From NCBI GenBank assembly GCA_037379345.1, contig CM074520.1, forward strand, positions 14,859,488-14,923,487: a stretch of 64,000 nt of DNA. The letters are read 5' to 3'. Below the pieces are notes generated by a model, which did not search any database, was not told where the DNA came from, and worked only from the letters and a program-made list of their open reading frames with translations. Both the position numbers and the translations under genes were made by a program. This stretch comes from Perna viridis. Its lineage: Eukaryota. This document shows, piece after piece, positions 49,207 to 60,600 of the stretch. The stretch's first letter is position 1. Each line of letters starts with the position of its first letter.

Positions 49207-50907
49207 ATATATAGCATTGCTATTTCGTCAGCCAATAGCGCTTTTATGTATACACGTTTATTTGTCTTCATCATATTTTTAATTGTCTATATTTCATTTC
49301 ATTACTGTCAAAATGTATGCATACACTGTACACATATAATTCATTTAATGTCTATTATAAAAGCCCTTTCAGAGCTTATGTTGTTTTGTTACTTAACTTG
49401 CCAACCGACTTGCCGACTTGGTTCATTTGATTTGACTTGATGTTTATAGAAACATTAATTTGGAGACGATTTTCATTAATCCATATTTTTGCAATTCACG
49501 GGTGCATAAATTCAAACAATAAATAAACAGTACATGACTTTTGGAATTTAATCAGCTATGAAAAATACTGTCTTAACGAATACAATCGAGCGAAGCGAAG
49601 CATGGAACATTTTGGGGCGTAGAATTTATAATAATCATATTTTAAGATTGATGCAAAAAAATCTTTTTTTTTTAATGGCGTCGGGCCCGTTCCCTATGAA
49701 TCCCACCTACAGATATAAAGCTATAGTAATCAAGTACACCTTTTCACCATTGGATAGGGTATGCTGTAGCAGTTGTCTCTGAGGAACAATCTCCGTTTTT
49801 TCCACTTTCTTTACTATCTTCATAGACATGTAGTCCATGGGCTGGGTGGGTCCACCGTGCATCCCCACTCACCAACTTCATGGTGATTTTTAGGTACCTT
49901 TATACCTCCCATTACCGAATCAATTTTTCGCCAAAGAATATTCGCGGATTCTTTTTCAGTATAAGCCTATATTTGTACCCCAATGGGTCAAAAAGCCAAG
50001 ATTTTTTTGACTCAATTGTTTGAGCATCTTAGCCTTCCTGGGATAGCATGTGCAAAACAAATTTAGGTATCATCATGTAGCCCAATGTCTCATCTTTGCA
50101 ATGGTACCAAGAAAGTTGCGATAACACTTAGGGTTTCGCGGTAAAATAATAAAAAAATGTACCCTACCCCGCCCAAATATCGCTTAAATTGACATATTTT
50201 TCAACGTCAAAACCCCTGAAGTATTTATGATTCAGTAAAAAATGGCTTATTTGGTATTTTCTGTTTAGTATTATCACAATTTATACTTCTGGGGTATTTT
50301 TGATAAATTTTGAGGATTTTCGTAGTCGTAATTTATCAAAAAATGAGAAAAATGCTATTATCGATTTTTCGGTCAAAAGTCTCAAATTTGGTATCATTCG
50401 ATAGACAATTTAATTTTCTACATAAATAAGCCACGAAAGTTTGAAGTAGGGTACTTGATAACATTGCCCATTACAAGCGAAATGAAAGAAAATATCATAA
50501 TCCGAAAATTCCCAATTTTATGAATAAACTCATTATTGTCAGCTTGAAACTGAAAACAAAACTCGCCTGAAATGAGCAGATATGTTGAATACATCTATAG
50601 TTAAAACAATAGTACCCAACATGTCTCTTTTACATGGATTATGTGCTAAAAATTTTAGTTCATATTTATAGGTATTCTTTTTATGTGTGGGGTGGCAATT
50701 TTTCACCTAATTGGACTTGCAGAAGTTCCAATAGTTATTACTTGAGCTCATTGCAAAGCAAAGACACTGTATAATTGGTGTGTTCCCGTTCTGCCCACTT
50801 TTGAAATTTACAGGTAAAAATATTGTGGGCAGAATGGGAATGCAGATGTAATGACACTAATTAGAGAACAATAGATAATTACCTATAGTCTGTTTTACTG
50901 TTTGTTG

Positions 50908-51252
50908 GCAATTCAATGTGATTTTTTCTAGTCTTTTTAATGGCTATGTTTAGTATAACTGTTTTGTTTTTTGGAATAAGTTCATTGAAATAAGTATACA
51001 CTCTGTATTGTGGTCTAAGTGCAATTCAATGTGTTTTTTCTTGTCTTTCTTAATGGCTATGTTTGGTATAACTGTTTTGTTTTTGGAAATGTCAGCTCAT
51101 TAAAATAAGTATACACTCTGTATTGTGGTCTCATGTGCAACTCAATGTGTTTTTCTTGTCATTTTAAATGGCTATGTTTGGTATAACTGTTTTGTTTTTT
51201 TTGGAAATGTCGGTTAAAATAACTATATACTCTGTATTGTGGTCTCATGTGC
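50908..51252. repeat. ~115-bp tandem repeat x3 inside the MULE
   Basis: GCAAYTCAATGTG...TAATGGCTATGTTT...TATTGTGGTCT units starting ~50908, 51021, 51137. Confidence 0.9.
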
Positions 51253-51582
51253 TTTTACTCCATAATTTTGTATTAAGTATCTGCTTCCTGTTGTCCACTG
51301 ATCAATTTAATTCAAGTCAAAAGAGAAAAAGAAACTTTGTGGAAATATATATAATTTATTCAACAACATTAAACTTGAAATAAGCACTGATAAAGCACAT
51401 ACATTTATGATTAATTAAATTAGGCAAGGTAACAAAAGTATTCATATCCAACAATTTAAACAAAATTGCATACCATTGAAATAAATAAAGTAGCACAAAC
51501 ATACAATTAGACATACTGCACTAGACTTTCATATATAAAGAACTTAAATGTCACAAATAGTATCTGAAGTCAATGTCACATA

Positions 51583-52473
51583 TCACTCTAAATGGAGAAG
51601 GTGTGATGCTGCGTCAGCATATTGAATAACTGTAATGTTACCATGTGTGAGTCTTTCTTTCAGCTGCACTAATCTGCTGTCAATTGTACGGTACTTCTTG
51701 GTTTTTGGTCGAATAGTTCCACCGGCGTTGTGTTGGATTTGCTTGATCTCATTTGCAGCCTGAATATCTTTGAACATACGGATAACGGTGAAGATGTTTG
51801 GATGTGCGTTGTTGACTTTTTTCTTCAATTTGTTATACCACCCCTCTAAATGGTTTGTTGTTCTAGGACCGTCATTGCTGAAGTGGTTCCATAACTGTGG
51901 AGTACCTTCTACCCATTGTGTTGTGACGTAATCGGTAAATGTAGTAGTTCCTGGAGGTGTATCGATGTCTTCCAGTTCATTCAAGGCATTGAACCAGACA
52001 TCTTCAATTTGGTCTAGTGGTACGAGTGGCAACACAGCAGCTCTTCTGACAAGTTGTTGAATGTCAACGTTGTTCTTATATGCGGGTTGTAGATCTGTCT
52101 CTTGGGTTTTTCTCCATACGGCTTCAGTGAAATGAAAGAAACAACCTTTTATCGTCACATTTGGAAATACACTTGTAGCTGCATTATGAGCGGCAGTCTC
52201 GAAGTCCATAAAAATTGAAGTTGGTTGAAGTTGTAGCTGAAGTTGTTCCATAGTAGTTTTGAGTTGCGTGAATAATCTGAAGTAGATGTCGGTGCTTTTC
52301 CCTGGTAAAAATGCGAAGAGTAGTGGATACATTTGGTCATTCACCATGGCATGAATAGTATATATCTGCTTGAATAAAGACGGGCATGTATAGAAAGTTC
52401 CGTCACAGTATAAGGTGTTGGCATTTGCCAAGTTAATCAAATTTTCTGATGTTGCAAAAGCAATAATGCGCAT
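51583..52473 (-). CDS. MULE transposase catalytic core (DDE), lacking N-terminal DNA-binding region
   Basis: 296-aa ORF with YCDGTF (D1), FMDFE (D2), GCFFH (CxxH), RTTNHLEGW (E), HPNI; frame extends upstream as VIFDDNNNQDMRIIAFAT to an acceptor-like site at 52506-52507. Confidence 0.9.
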   Translation of the reverse strand: MRIIAFATSENLINLANANTLYCDGTFYTCPSLFKQIYTIHAMVNDQMYPLLFAFLPGKSTDIYFRLFTQLKTTMEQLQLQLQPTSIFMDFETAAHNAATSVFPNVTIKGCFFHFTEAVWRKTQETDLQPAYKNNVDIQQLVRRAAVLPLVPLDQIEDVWFNALNELEDIDTPPGTTTFTDYVTTQWVEGTPQLWNHFSNDGPRTTNHLEGWYNKLKKKVNNAHPNIFTVIRMFKDIQAANEIKQIQHNAGGTIRPKTKKYRTIDSRLVQLKERLTHGNITVIQYADAASHLLHLE

Positions 52474-53394
52474 ATCTTGGTTGTTATTGTCGTCGAAAAT
52501 TACAACTGCATGTAAAACGAAAAAAAAGATATTTTGTTATAAAAGAAAAAAATATTTATGCATCTATGTACAAATTTGAAATTATAAAAAAGATAATTAG
52601 AACTGCATGTAATATTAAAAACAGACTATAATTACTAAAACAACAACTTGTACCTGATTGTTTATTTATTGCAAGTGGGCAGAATGAGAATATAATTTTT
52701 AAAAAGTGGGCAGAACGGGAACAAACCGTATAATTGTATATTTGAATATACAAAAGCTAATTTGAAATATTGTATTTGAAAAAAATGCCAATTATAGGTG
52801 AAATGGAAGGAAATATAAATTCTGAAAATTCCCTTAAAAAAAAAAAAACAAAACAAAAACAAAACCTTATTATTGTCAGCTTGTAACTGAAAAATACGCC
52901 ACTGAAATGGAACTTTTTTGGTACCATTGTAAAGCTGAGATATTGGGCTACATGATGATACATACATATGACAGTTTTCTTTGTTTTGTAGGAAGAAGTT
53001 CGTAGAATTAAAATAGATTTTTTCCTAAACGAGGTATAAAAAGTAGCCAAAAAAAAAATGCTTCAGTTAATTTTTGGCGACAAAAACATTCGTAAATGGG
53101 AGGAATAAGGGTACCAGAAAATAATATTTTAGTTGATGAGTGGGGGTGTACGGGGGGGGGGGTTATCTCAGCCCACGTACAAGTGTATTTAAAGAAACTT
53201 CTATCTTTAATTATACTACAAGCATCATGTATTGAATATATGCTGGCACTTGGGGGAATTGATGGTGTAGACATCGTCTTTTTATAGGGTTGGTAAGTCC
53301 CGTTCTAGTTTCAGTTTAACATTGAACTCAATGCTATATTAATGACGAATCTCAATGCATTTGAATGGGAGATGAGGACCCATTCTCATGAAAT

Positions 53395-54290
53395 AACGGA
53401 GTCACGTGACGAGACTTACATACTCTATTGCCTTATTTGAGAATATTTATGAGCTTTATATTTCTGATTTTATTCAATAAATGGACTCGGAAACTGGCAA
53501 AAAGGGATTTTTGATCAGATTAACGAATCAGACAGAAATAATGAGAACCATTTGTGACCAAGGTGCATGTGGTATTGAATGCATTTTAGCAATAAAAAGT
53601 CAGTCAAAGATTCTCACTAACATTCTGTGTAGGCTAAAAACCACTAATTCCACTTCCCATAGGCTTCTATGCTAATTTCACAATATTCAATGGCTTCTCT
53701 GGACTTTACCTTAACTTTAACCTGCAGATGACTATATATCAGCATGATTCTACATATGTCAGCTCACAATCCTCAGAATGGCATGTGGGGTTAGCAGACT
53801 TGCAGTGCAGTACTGGTCACCGGAAGTGAAGGGTCTATAAATAGCATGGGAAATCCCAGTGTTTTCACAAGATAGGGGTATATTTAAAAATCATTATGGA
53901 GATTAGGCTTCACATCACAAGAAGCAAAATGCACCTATAAAATGTACAGAAATGTTTTTCCTTTCAGAAACTGTTTAAATTTTTAAAATAAGATGAGAAC
54001 TTTTTTCACAGCACTATGAGGAACAGGGGTAATTTCTGCGTAGGACTATTTTTGCGTACGTTCCAAATGCTCATTGGTTGAATTGGTGGTCTGTAACCTG
54101 TAATGTTTACCACAGGCTTCCATAGTTTATTTTCGGAAAATCTTTGTTTCCCGTTATCGGTTTTATTCTTCTTTTTTAGAGATGGCGCTGTTGTCGTTGA
54201 TTACTTCCTGTTCCAAGATGTTCCTGGAGTGAAATCTCCTTTTATGGTTCTTGCAGGAAAATGGTTTAATTCCTTTGTGTGCTAACGTAA
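53395..54290 (+). promoter_or_regulatory. Probable promoter and non-coding first exon of the zinc-finger gene
   Basis: GTCACGTGAC 53401-53410, CCGGAAGT 53820-53827, TATAAAT 53836-53842, GGGAAATCCC 53848-53857, reverse CCAAT boxes 54073 and 54082, YY1-like AGATGGCG ~54180, donor AAC|GTAAGA at 54287; local CpG enrichment. Confidence 0.6.
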
Positions 54291-55963
54291 GAGTGTACAA
54301 TTTGAAAGAGAACACAAGTTCAAGCCATTAAAGGTGTTAATTACACTCACTTAAACTAATTTATGTACTTTCAATTCAATTATCCAGTATTGAACCGAAA
54401 ATTTATCCCAAGACATCAGAATGTCACTGATATTCTGGCAGTTCTTTTTCGCTCTCTAAAAGATGTACTACCTTTGACATTTCATTAAACTTGGTGTATT
54501 AAAAATTGATAATAGATCGGTGTGTCCTGTGAGTAGATAAGACATGACACTTTGCTTTAGCATTTGGAATTGGAGGGGAAAAAGAATTTGTTTAAATTCA
54601 ATATGAGTGTGAGAAAAGCAATTATCATTTCCCTTTTAAATTAAATTGATTTCTTTCATTAAAAATGTTTGCCAAATTTCATCAGTTGGAGTTGGCAAAA
54701 GATATTCTAAATATTTGTAATTTTATTGGTATAACATTTCTGGGATCAGCGAAGAGTGCCTGTTTATCCACTATTGGGAAAGTTTTTTTTTTTTTAAATG
54801 TAGTGTAATTTTAAATAGAAACACAATATTAAGCACTTTGACAAGCAATATTAGAGAATAATTGGTGTTTGGGGGTTAATTTTTGAACCATTTCAATTAA
54901 TTATTGAAGGGTAACAACATCACAGCAACTGAAATAACACTCTGTGATTTTAAAGTCATAGATTAAATTTATTAAGATTTTTTTATGGCAATCCACTGTT
55001 TCTTAATGAGAAGTACTCTGATCAACTGACTCACTTTAATGATGTAATCGTTGTACACATCATTACCATTTTATGAATGATTTTACATGGGTTTTTAAAT
55101 TGGGAAAAGACACCTTAGGTCAATTGAGGAAAATTATTGATGTTTTATCAGTATTTTGGGAATTGTTTAATCTAATATTTTCACTTGAAAATGCCTGTAT
55201 CAGTATAGAACATTACCACGTTTCCACAAATTTGATTTTGTTTATATATATTGAGAGGAGGTATGGTGTATATGTCGGGATGAAAATGTTTGCTATATGT
55301 AGTTTTGAAAATAAAATTATTTTGACTGTTTTTATGATTTTATATATGATCAGAAATCATCATATGAATTTTATTTGAGAGCACTGCTCCAAGTCCTCCA
55401 ACTCACAACAAAAAATGTATATCTTAAAAGTACATGTGACCTTGAACCTCAACCTACTGACACTATCATTAAATGGTGCCTTTCTTACCCAAAGTGGTTA
55501 ACTGGTACAAGATTCATGAAAATCCAGAAAGCTTTCATAAGTTATGCCAGAAAACAATTTTCACAGAAAAAAAAACTTGTATAACTTAAAAGTGCATGTC
55601 ACCTTAAACTTCTTTACTTATTTCTGGTTTGTGTATGAGAAAGCACAAAAGCTTTTCACAAGTTATGATTGGAAATAAAAGAATATAATATTTGCACTGG
55701 GTTAATGCAGTTTAAACTGGGGCAAGAATAGGTGGCAATACATCTTTTTAATGATTGATTAAGATTTGCAAAATAAATTACTTCAAGAACTGTTATGTAC
55801 ATGTATATGAACATTGATATTTAGATAATGTATCTGTTTGTGTCTAGGATATGAGTTCTTACATTGACTTGAGTACATGACTTATATTATGTGATCGTAT
55901 TATAACAGAAATTCTCAATCCATTTCATGGATATGTAAATCTTTCTCTTTTTCAGATATAAAA

Positions 55964-57604
55964 ATGGAACAGACTTATTTTGAAAGAATGTCTCGACAGA
56001 CTCATGTTAGCACATTACTTCAGAAAGCCATACTTAATTTATGTCAAACAAATTATGCAGCATGTGCTCCTAACTTGGAAGTGGACGGTATCATATGTAT
56101 TTCTTTCCCAAACAGCCCAGACCAGCATGTTGTCAAAATTCATGAAAGAGTTTGCTTGAATAGTTTTGGAGCTAGCTCATTTGACCAAGACATTTCTCAA
56201 GCAGCTGATGTGCCTAAAGATTATGATTCTTCTCTGAGTAAAAGTGATCCATATCATGGCTTATTCTTTGGTCAGAGAAATCCAGGTTTACAAATGGACA
56301 GACATAGCATGCAAAATTCATACAATGAAACTAAGTCAACTTTAAAGTCAAGAAATCCTCACTTGCATGTACAAAACCAAAGTATGAGACATTCTGACTG
56401 TCAGAAGAATCCAAACTCAACAGACAAGACTCCTACAAGATCAAAAAGAAAAATGTTCAAAGTTGTGCAACGAATCAAAAATGCTGAAGAAGCAGAGGTT
56501 TCATCAGATTCTTCTAATGACATTTCAAGTGCCACTGAAATTTCTAATGCTGAACCTGCCAAAGCAAATCTGTGTCATCAGAACGATCAATCTAGAGTGA
56601 ATCCATGTCATTCAGATGAAAGGTCTAAAGAAAAATCTGGAATTAATTTATATAATGAACATGATTTATCTGGATTAAATTCTTGTCCCACTGTTGTAAA
56701 TTCGTTGGAAAAAAGGTCTCAAGGGAAACCAAGTTATACAGAGTCGCTTCAGGATGGCTATGTTATTGTCAAAGTTGAAGGTTGTGATGATGAACCATCC
56801 CTTGCTGAAAATTGCAAAGATGGACATGACCAGGGCAACAGATTAGAGGATAATGCGAACAAATATCTTGAGTCTGATACCCAGCCTCAAAGAAAATGGA
56901 TACAATTACCATTAGAAAATGAAATGGACAATGAAACTGAATTTTCACAGCACCAAGCAAAGGATAGAATTATCACTATTGATGGAAAAGTTGTTGATTT
57001 TTCTTCAGAAAGCCCAAGTAAGAACTCTAATGATGACAGTGTCACAAGTGCAGATGATGGTTATACAGTGAGGCCTTCTATAGGACAAATTGATTTGTCT
57101 AAAATAGCAGATTTTTGTAAACAAAGAGCTGCTGAATCTTATGACCACGGAACAAAAGAATTTCAGTCCAAAATATCCCCAAGATTTCATAATGCTAGCA
57201 TGACACACTCTTCACCCTATACACCTGACCTGGTACAACATAGGCTGAATCAGAGTAAAGGAGCAAAGAAAGTCAGTAGTTTGATAATCAAGAAAGGACT
57301 TAAGGATCAGCTGCCTGACTTGCCTAATTTGTCACCACTTGACTCTGAACAAAGTTCTAAGACTGTAAGTATTAGTTTCAGTCCAGATAAGGAAAAGAAA
57401 TACTTTTGCCGGCATTGTGGAAAGGGTTTCACTCTAAAGTGTACAAGATCTCGACATGAAAAGACCATTTGTGGTGGAGGTGGAGAAGGCCAATACAAAT
57501 GTCATATTTGTCTTAAAGTCTTCACTCGATCTGACAGTAGATGTCGCCATTTGTTAAAAACTCATGGTGTGAAGACAACATATGAGATGTCAACACCATG
57601 CTGA
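55964..57604 (+). CDS. Zinc-finger protein (C-terminal C2HC + C2H2 pair), 546 aa, single coding exon
   Basis: Long ORF right after acceptor TTTTCAG (AG 55954-55955); fingers FCRHCGKGFTLKCTRSRHEKTIC and YKCHICLKVFTRSDSRCRHLLKTH; long polar low-complexity middle; compact hydrophobic N-terminal ~55 aa. Confidence 0.9.
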   Translation: MEQTYFERMSRQTHVSTLLQKAILNLCQTNYAACAPNLEVDGIICISFPNSPDQHVVKIHERVCLNSFGASSFDQDISQAADVPKDYDSSLSKSDPYHGLFFGQRNPGLQMDRHSMQNSYNETKSTLKSRNPHLHVQNQSMRHSDCQKNPNSTDKTPTRSKRKMFKVVQRIKNAEEAEVSSDSSNDISSATEISNAEPAKANLCHQNDQSRVNPCHSDERSKEKSGINLYNEHDLSGLNSCPTVVNSLEKRSQGKPSYTESLQDGYVIVKVEGCDDEPSLAENCKDGHDQGNRLEDNANKYLESDTQPQRKWIQLPLENEMDNETEFSQHQAKDRIITIDGKVVDFSSESPSKNSNDDSVTSADDGYTVRPSIGQIDLSKIADFCKQRAAESYDHGTKEFQSKISPRFHNASMTHSSPYTPDLVQHRLNQSKGAKKVSSLIIKKGLKDQLPDLPNLSPLDSEQSSKTVSISFSPDKEKKYFCRHCGKGFTLKCTRSRHEKTICGGGGEGQYKCHICLKVFTRSDSRCRHLLKTHGVKTTYEMSTPC

Positions 57605-60600
57605 AAATCACTTGTTACAGCTCATCTAGACCAAAGGTCATATAATCTTGTGCCATCTCTTAATTTGTACATTGTAGGTAATTAAAACATTTGTTACAAA
57701 AGTCCTTTGAGAATAGAAAGCTGTGTGTTCCATGTACATGAACATATCTACACATAAGGAAGAGCTATTTTTTTTTATTTTCCCAAAGTCTGAAATGTTC
57801 ATTACATATGACCTTATCTTTAACAAAAATGCCCACCACATATTAAAAAAAAGAAACTATTGCCCCAAATTTCTTCCAGAAAGATTTATCATTTTGTTTA
57901 ACCAGTCCTATGAAAGAGGGGTATCATTTTGGTCCCACTCACTGTTCTGCATTTAGTACCATTTGTAATATAAGATAAATTTGTGATTTTTCTTGGTAAA
58001 GTACCCAATAGTTATATATATGCTTATCCTATGTTACCATATTTTACCTTGAAGGTTACACCTATACAGGTACTTGTAGATGTACATGTATGTATGGGTG
58101 TTTAATTTTAAATACACTCCTTCAAATATCAATAATTGGAGAATCTTTGGAATAAGTGTCTACCATTATTTTGCTGTACTCTTCTTAGGAGACATGTGCC
58201 CTCTTTCATAACAAATCTCAAATTTAGATTTTGACCAATCAGATCACTTGAAATTGAAGATTTGAGGAAAAACTTTTTTTTAATGAAACTCAAGATTTTT
58301 TTATATAAAAAAAACTTGCCTAAGATTTTACAGACCTACATATATCTACAGTACATATAATTTGTGTTGGAACCTACAAGCCTGTCATTGTCTGCTCATT
58401 TTTGCCATAAAATCATGCCTATAAACTTTTAACTGATCTCATATATTCAGTCATGATTGAATGTTTATGATGAAAAGTTTATAAAAAATAATTTTTAAGA
58501 CTGTTTATATATGTGACATCATTACATTGTATCATTCTTCTAAGGTGCTATTATTAAAGTACATGTACACATGTATGTTCATTACCACAACAATTTAATG
58601 TCAGATAAATGTTGAATTCATGTGTTAAAAAGTGAAATTTTGAATAAGAGAGATGCGATTAAATCAAGAGAGATTTATCATTTTTGTAGTTACAGATTTT
58701 TTTGTTTTCAAGATGATGTCACAAAACTATATGTAATGAAAGTCCAAATTAAAAACTGTTAGTAGGTCTGAAAAATTAATACTATTCCTCTGATCTGATT
58801 AAACAAAGGTTGTTATGTGATTTAGTATTTGCATTTTTGTTAGATTTTTTTATTTAGCATGTTTTCACTATTTATAATTTATTTTGTTATTGTGTTTGTT
58901 AGATGTGTGTGTGTTGACCTGTGTTATTCACATTTTTGTATTGTTTTCATACTTTTGATAATATAAGCTTATATAGAGATTATATTAATTAGAATCTATA
59001 TGTAAGTGTTTGGCCACAATTTACATGTATTGTAATTGTACAAGGTACATGTATTATAATTATATAAGGTACATGTATTGTGAAAGTTGGTAATTGCATA
59101 AATGAACAAAATAGAATGCAGTGCTTTCACTAGACTTTAAAGTCTTTTGACCTTTATTTTAGTACTCTATGTTTTCCTGTATTATCAAAATGCATATCAA
59201 AATGTTTGTCTAAAAAGAGGTGCATTGGGTGGTATCATTTTGATATATTTTTATGTAAAAACCTGTTTCTCTGAGGAATATTTCATAAGTTACCTCCCCT
59301 TGATACAATTTTAAAACATTTAAAATATGTTGCTGTAATGGACATCTCTGAACAAACCCTTGGAACTAAAATGAAGCACTATAATGATAGAATCATTATG
59401 GAAACTTTATCAAGTTTAAATTCCCTTGTCTTTATTGAAAAAGGGTGGTTGCTTGATAACTGAAGTTTGTCGTGGTAGTTTTATTATTAAAATTATAAAT
59501 TGCACAGATGTAAGTTTAACTTAAGCTTGCCTTGGTAGAATTACATAGATGAAAGTTTTGATGTTTATGTCAGTAGATCAAAGGTCAAAGTTAATATTAC
59601 TTTTAACATAGATTTTTGCCAAAGCTTATATTATTGCCTTGCCACAGTTACAAATTACTAGTTTATTATTGAATGTTGCAGAATACAACATAAAGAAATG
59701 TTTGAGGTGTATAAAGAAATTATGATTTTTATTTCTAAAGATGGTCAATTCCATTCTCATTTCTCATAATGTTTCTCTTGTGAAATGAACCATTTAAGGT
59801 TTCTTCACAGTAAATTTATTTCCATTTAGTCTGATTTTGGTATTCTGCATTTTGTTTTATGCTTCCTGTCAAATCAGTTTCAGTAAAATTAAAATCAGTC
59901 AGTGATAGTAGCCAGACTCTAATCTTAACATGTAGATCCTTGGTTATTGAGGCTACATTAAAATCTGTATTAACTTGGTTCAGGAATGAGTCTGTTCACT
60001 GATACAGTAGTAGTGAATTTAAATGACCAAAAAAAAATGCTTGAAATCCACTCTGACTGTGAACAAATGCTTTTGTTTCAAAATCCATGATAAGCAAGTT
60101 TCTCTTTTCATTATTCATGTACTACAAATATTTACATTTTTGTAACATTTCATACATGTCTTTTTAAAAAGTAAACTTTAAATTACAGGAGCTTTTTTCT
60201 TAATATGCTTTGTAGTATTTTCTCTTATTTGTTCTTTTGTTTATTAGGGAATTAATAAAGTACATGTATTGTAAAACTGTTAATTCAGAAATCTATGGAG
60301 TCCTTCAACTTGTTTGAATGTCAATTTGTTGTAACAATTTTAACATTTAATTTAGCCAAAAAGCTACTTTACTAGTGATTTCTGAATTTACAGTAAGTAG
60401 TTACGTATATGAATCAAATTTGTGATTTAAATAACATTGATTTAGGTGCATTTTAACTAGTCCCGTTATTTATTATTTATTTTGTAGTTTTGCAATTTTG
60501 CACACTTAAGATTTACACTAGATTTACCACATTGACAACATGTGGTTAGCTGCATTTGTGGTCAGCCATAGGTTTTTATGTAATGATTAATTTCACGCAA

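Larger units (their letters stand above)
49850..53160 (-). mobile_element. Mutator/MULE-superfamily DNA transposon with long imperfect TIRs (probably internally deleted)
   Basis: ~49850-50120 is an imperfect reverse complement of ~52910-53160 (e.g. GTATCATCATGTAGCCCAATGTCTCATCTTTGCAATGGTACCAA vs TTGGTACCATTGTAAAGCTGAGATATTGGGCTACATGATGATAC); inner inverted pair TGTTCCCGTTCTGCCCACTTTT ~50781 / ~52702; encloses a MULE transposase; exact ends and TSD not resolved. Confidence 0.85.

Noticed and set aside
48791-49440. Hydrophobic ORFs rich in I/Y/L
   Set aside because: Products of the AT-rich low-complexity MITE core.
49810-53210. 9-bp target-site duplication of the MULE (ACTATCTTC vs TCTATCTTT)
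   Set aside because: Imperfect and not placed symmetrically relative to the apparent TIR ends; could be chance in AT-rich DNA.
52556-53287. Short ORFs upstream of the transposase as its missing N-terminus
   Set aside because: They lie in TIR/subterminal sequence and show no FLYWCH or other zinc-binding motif.
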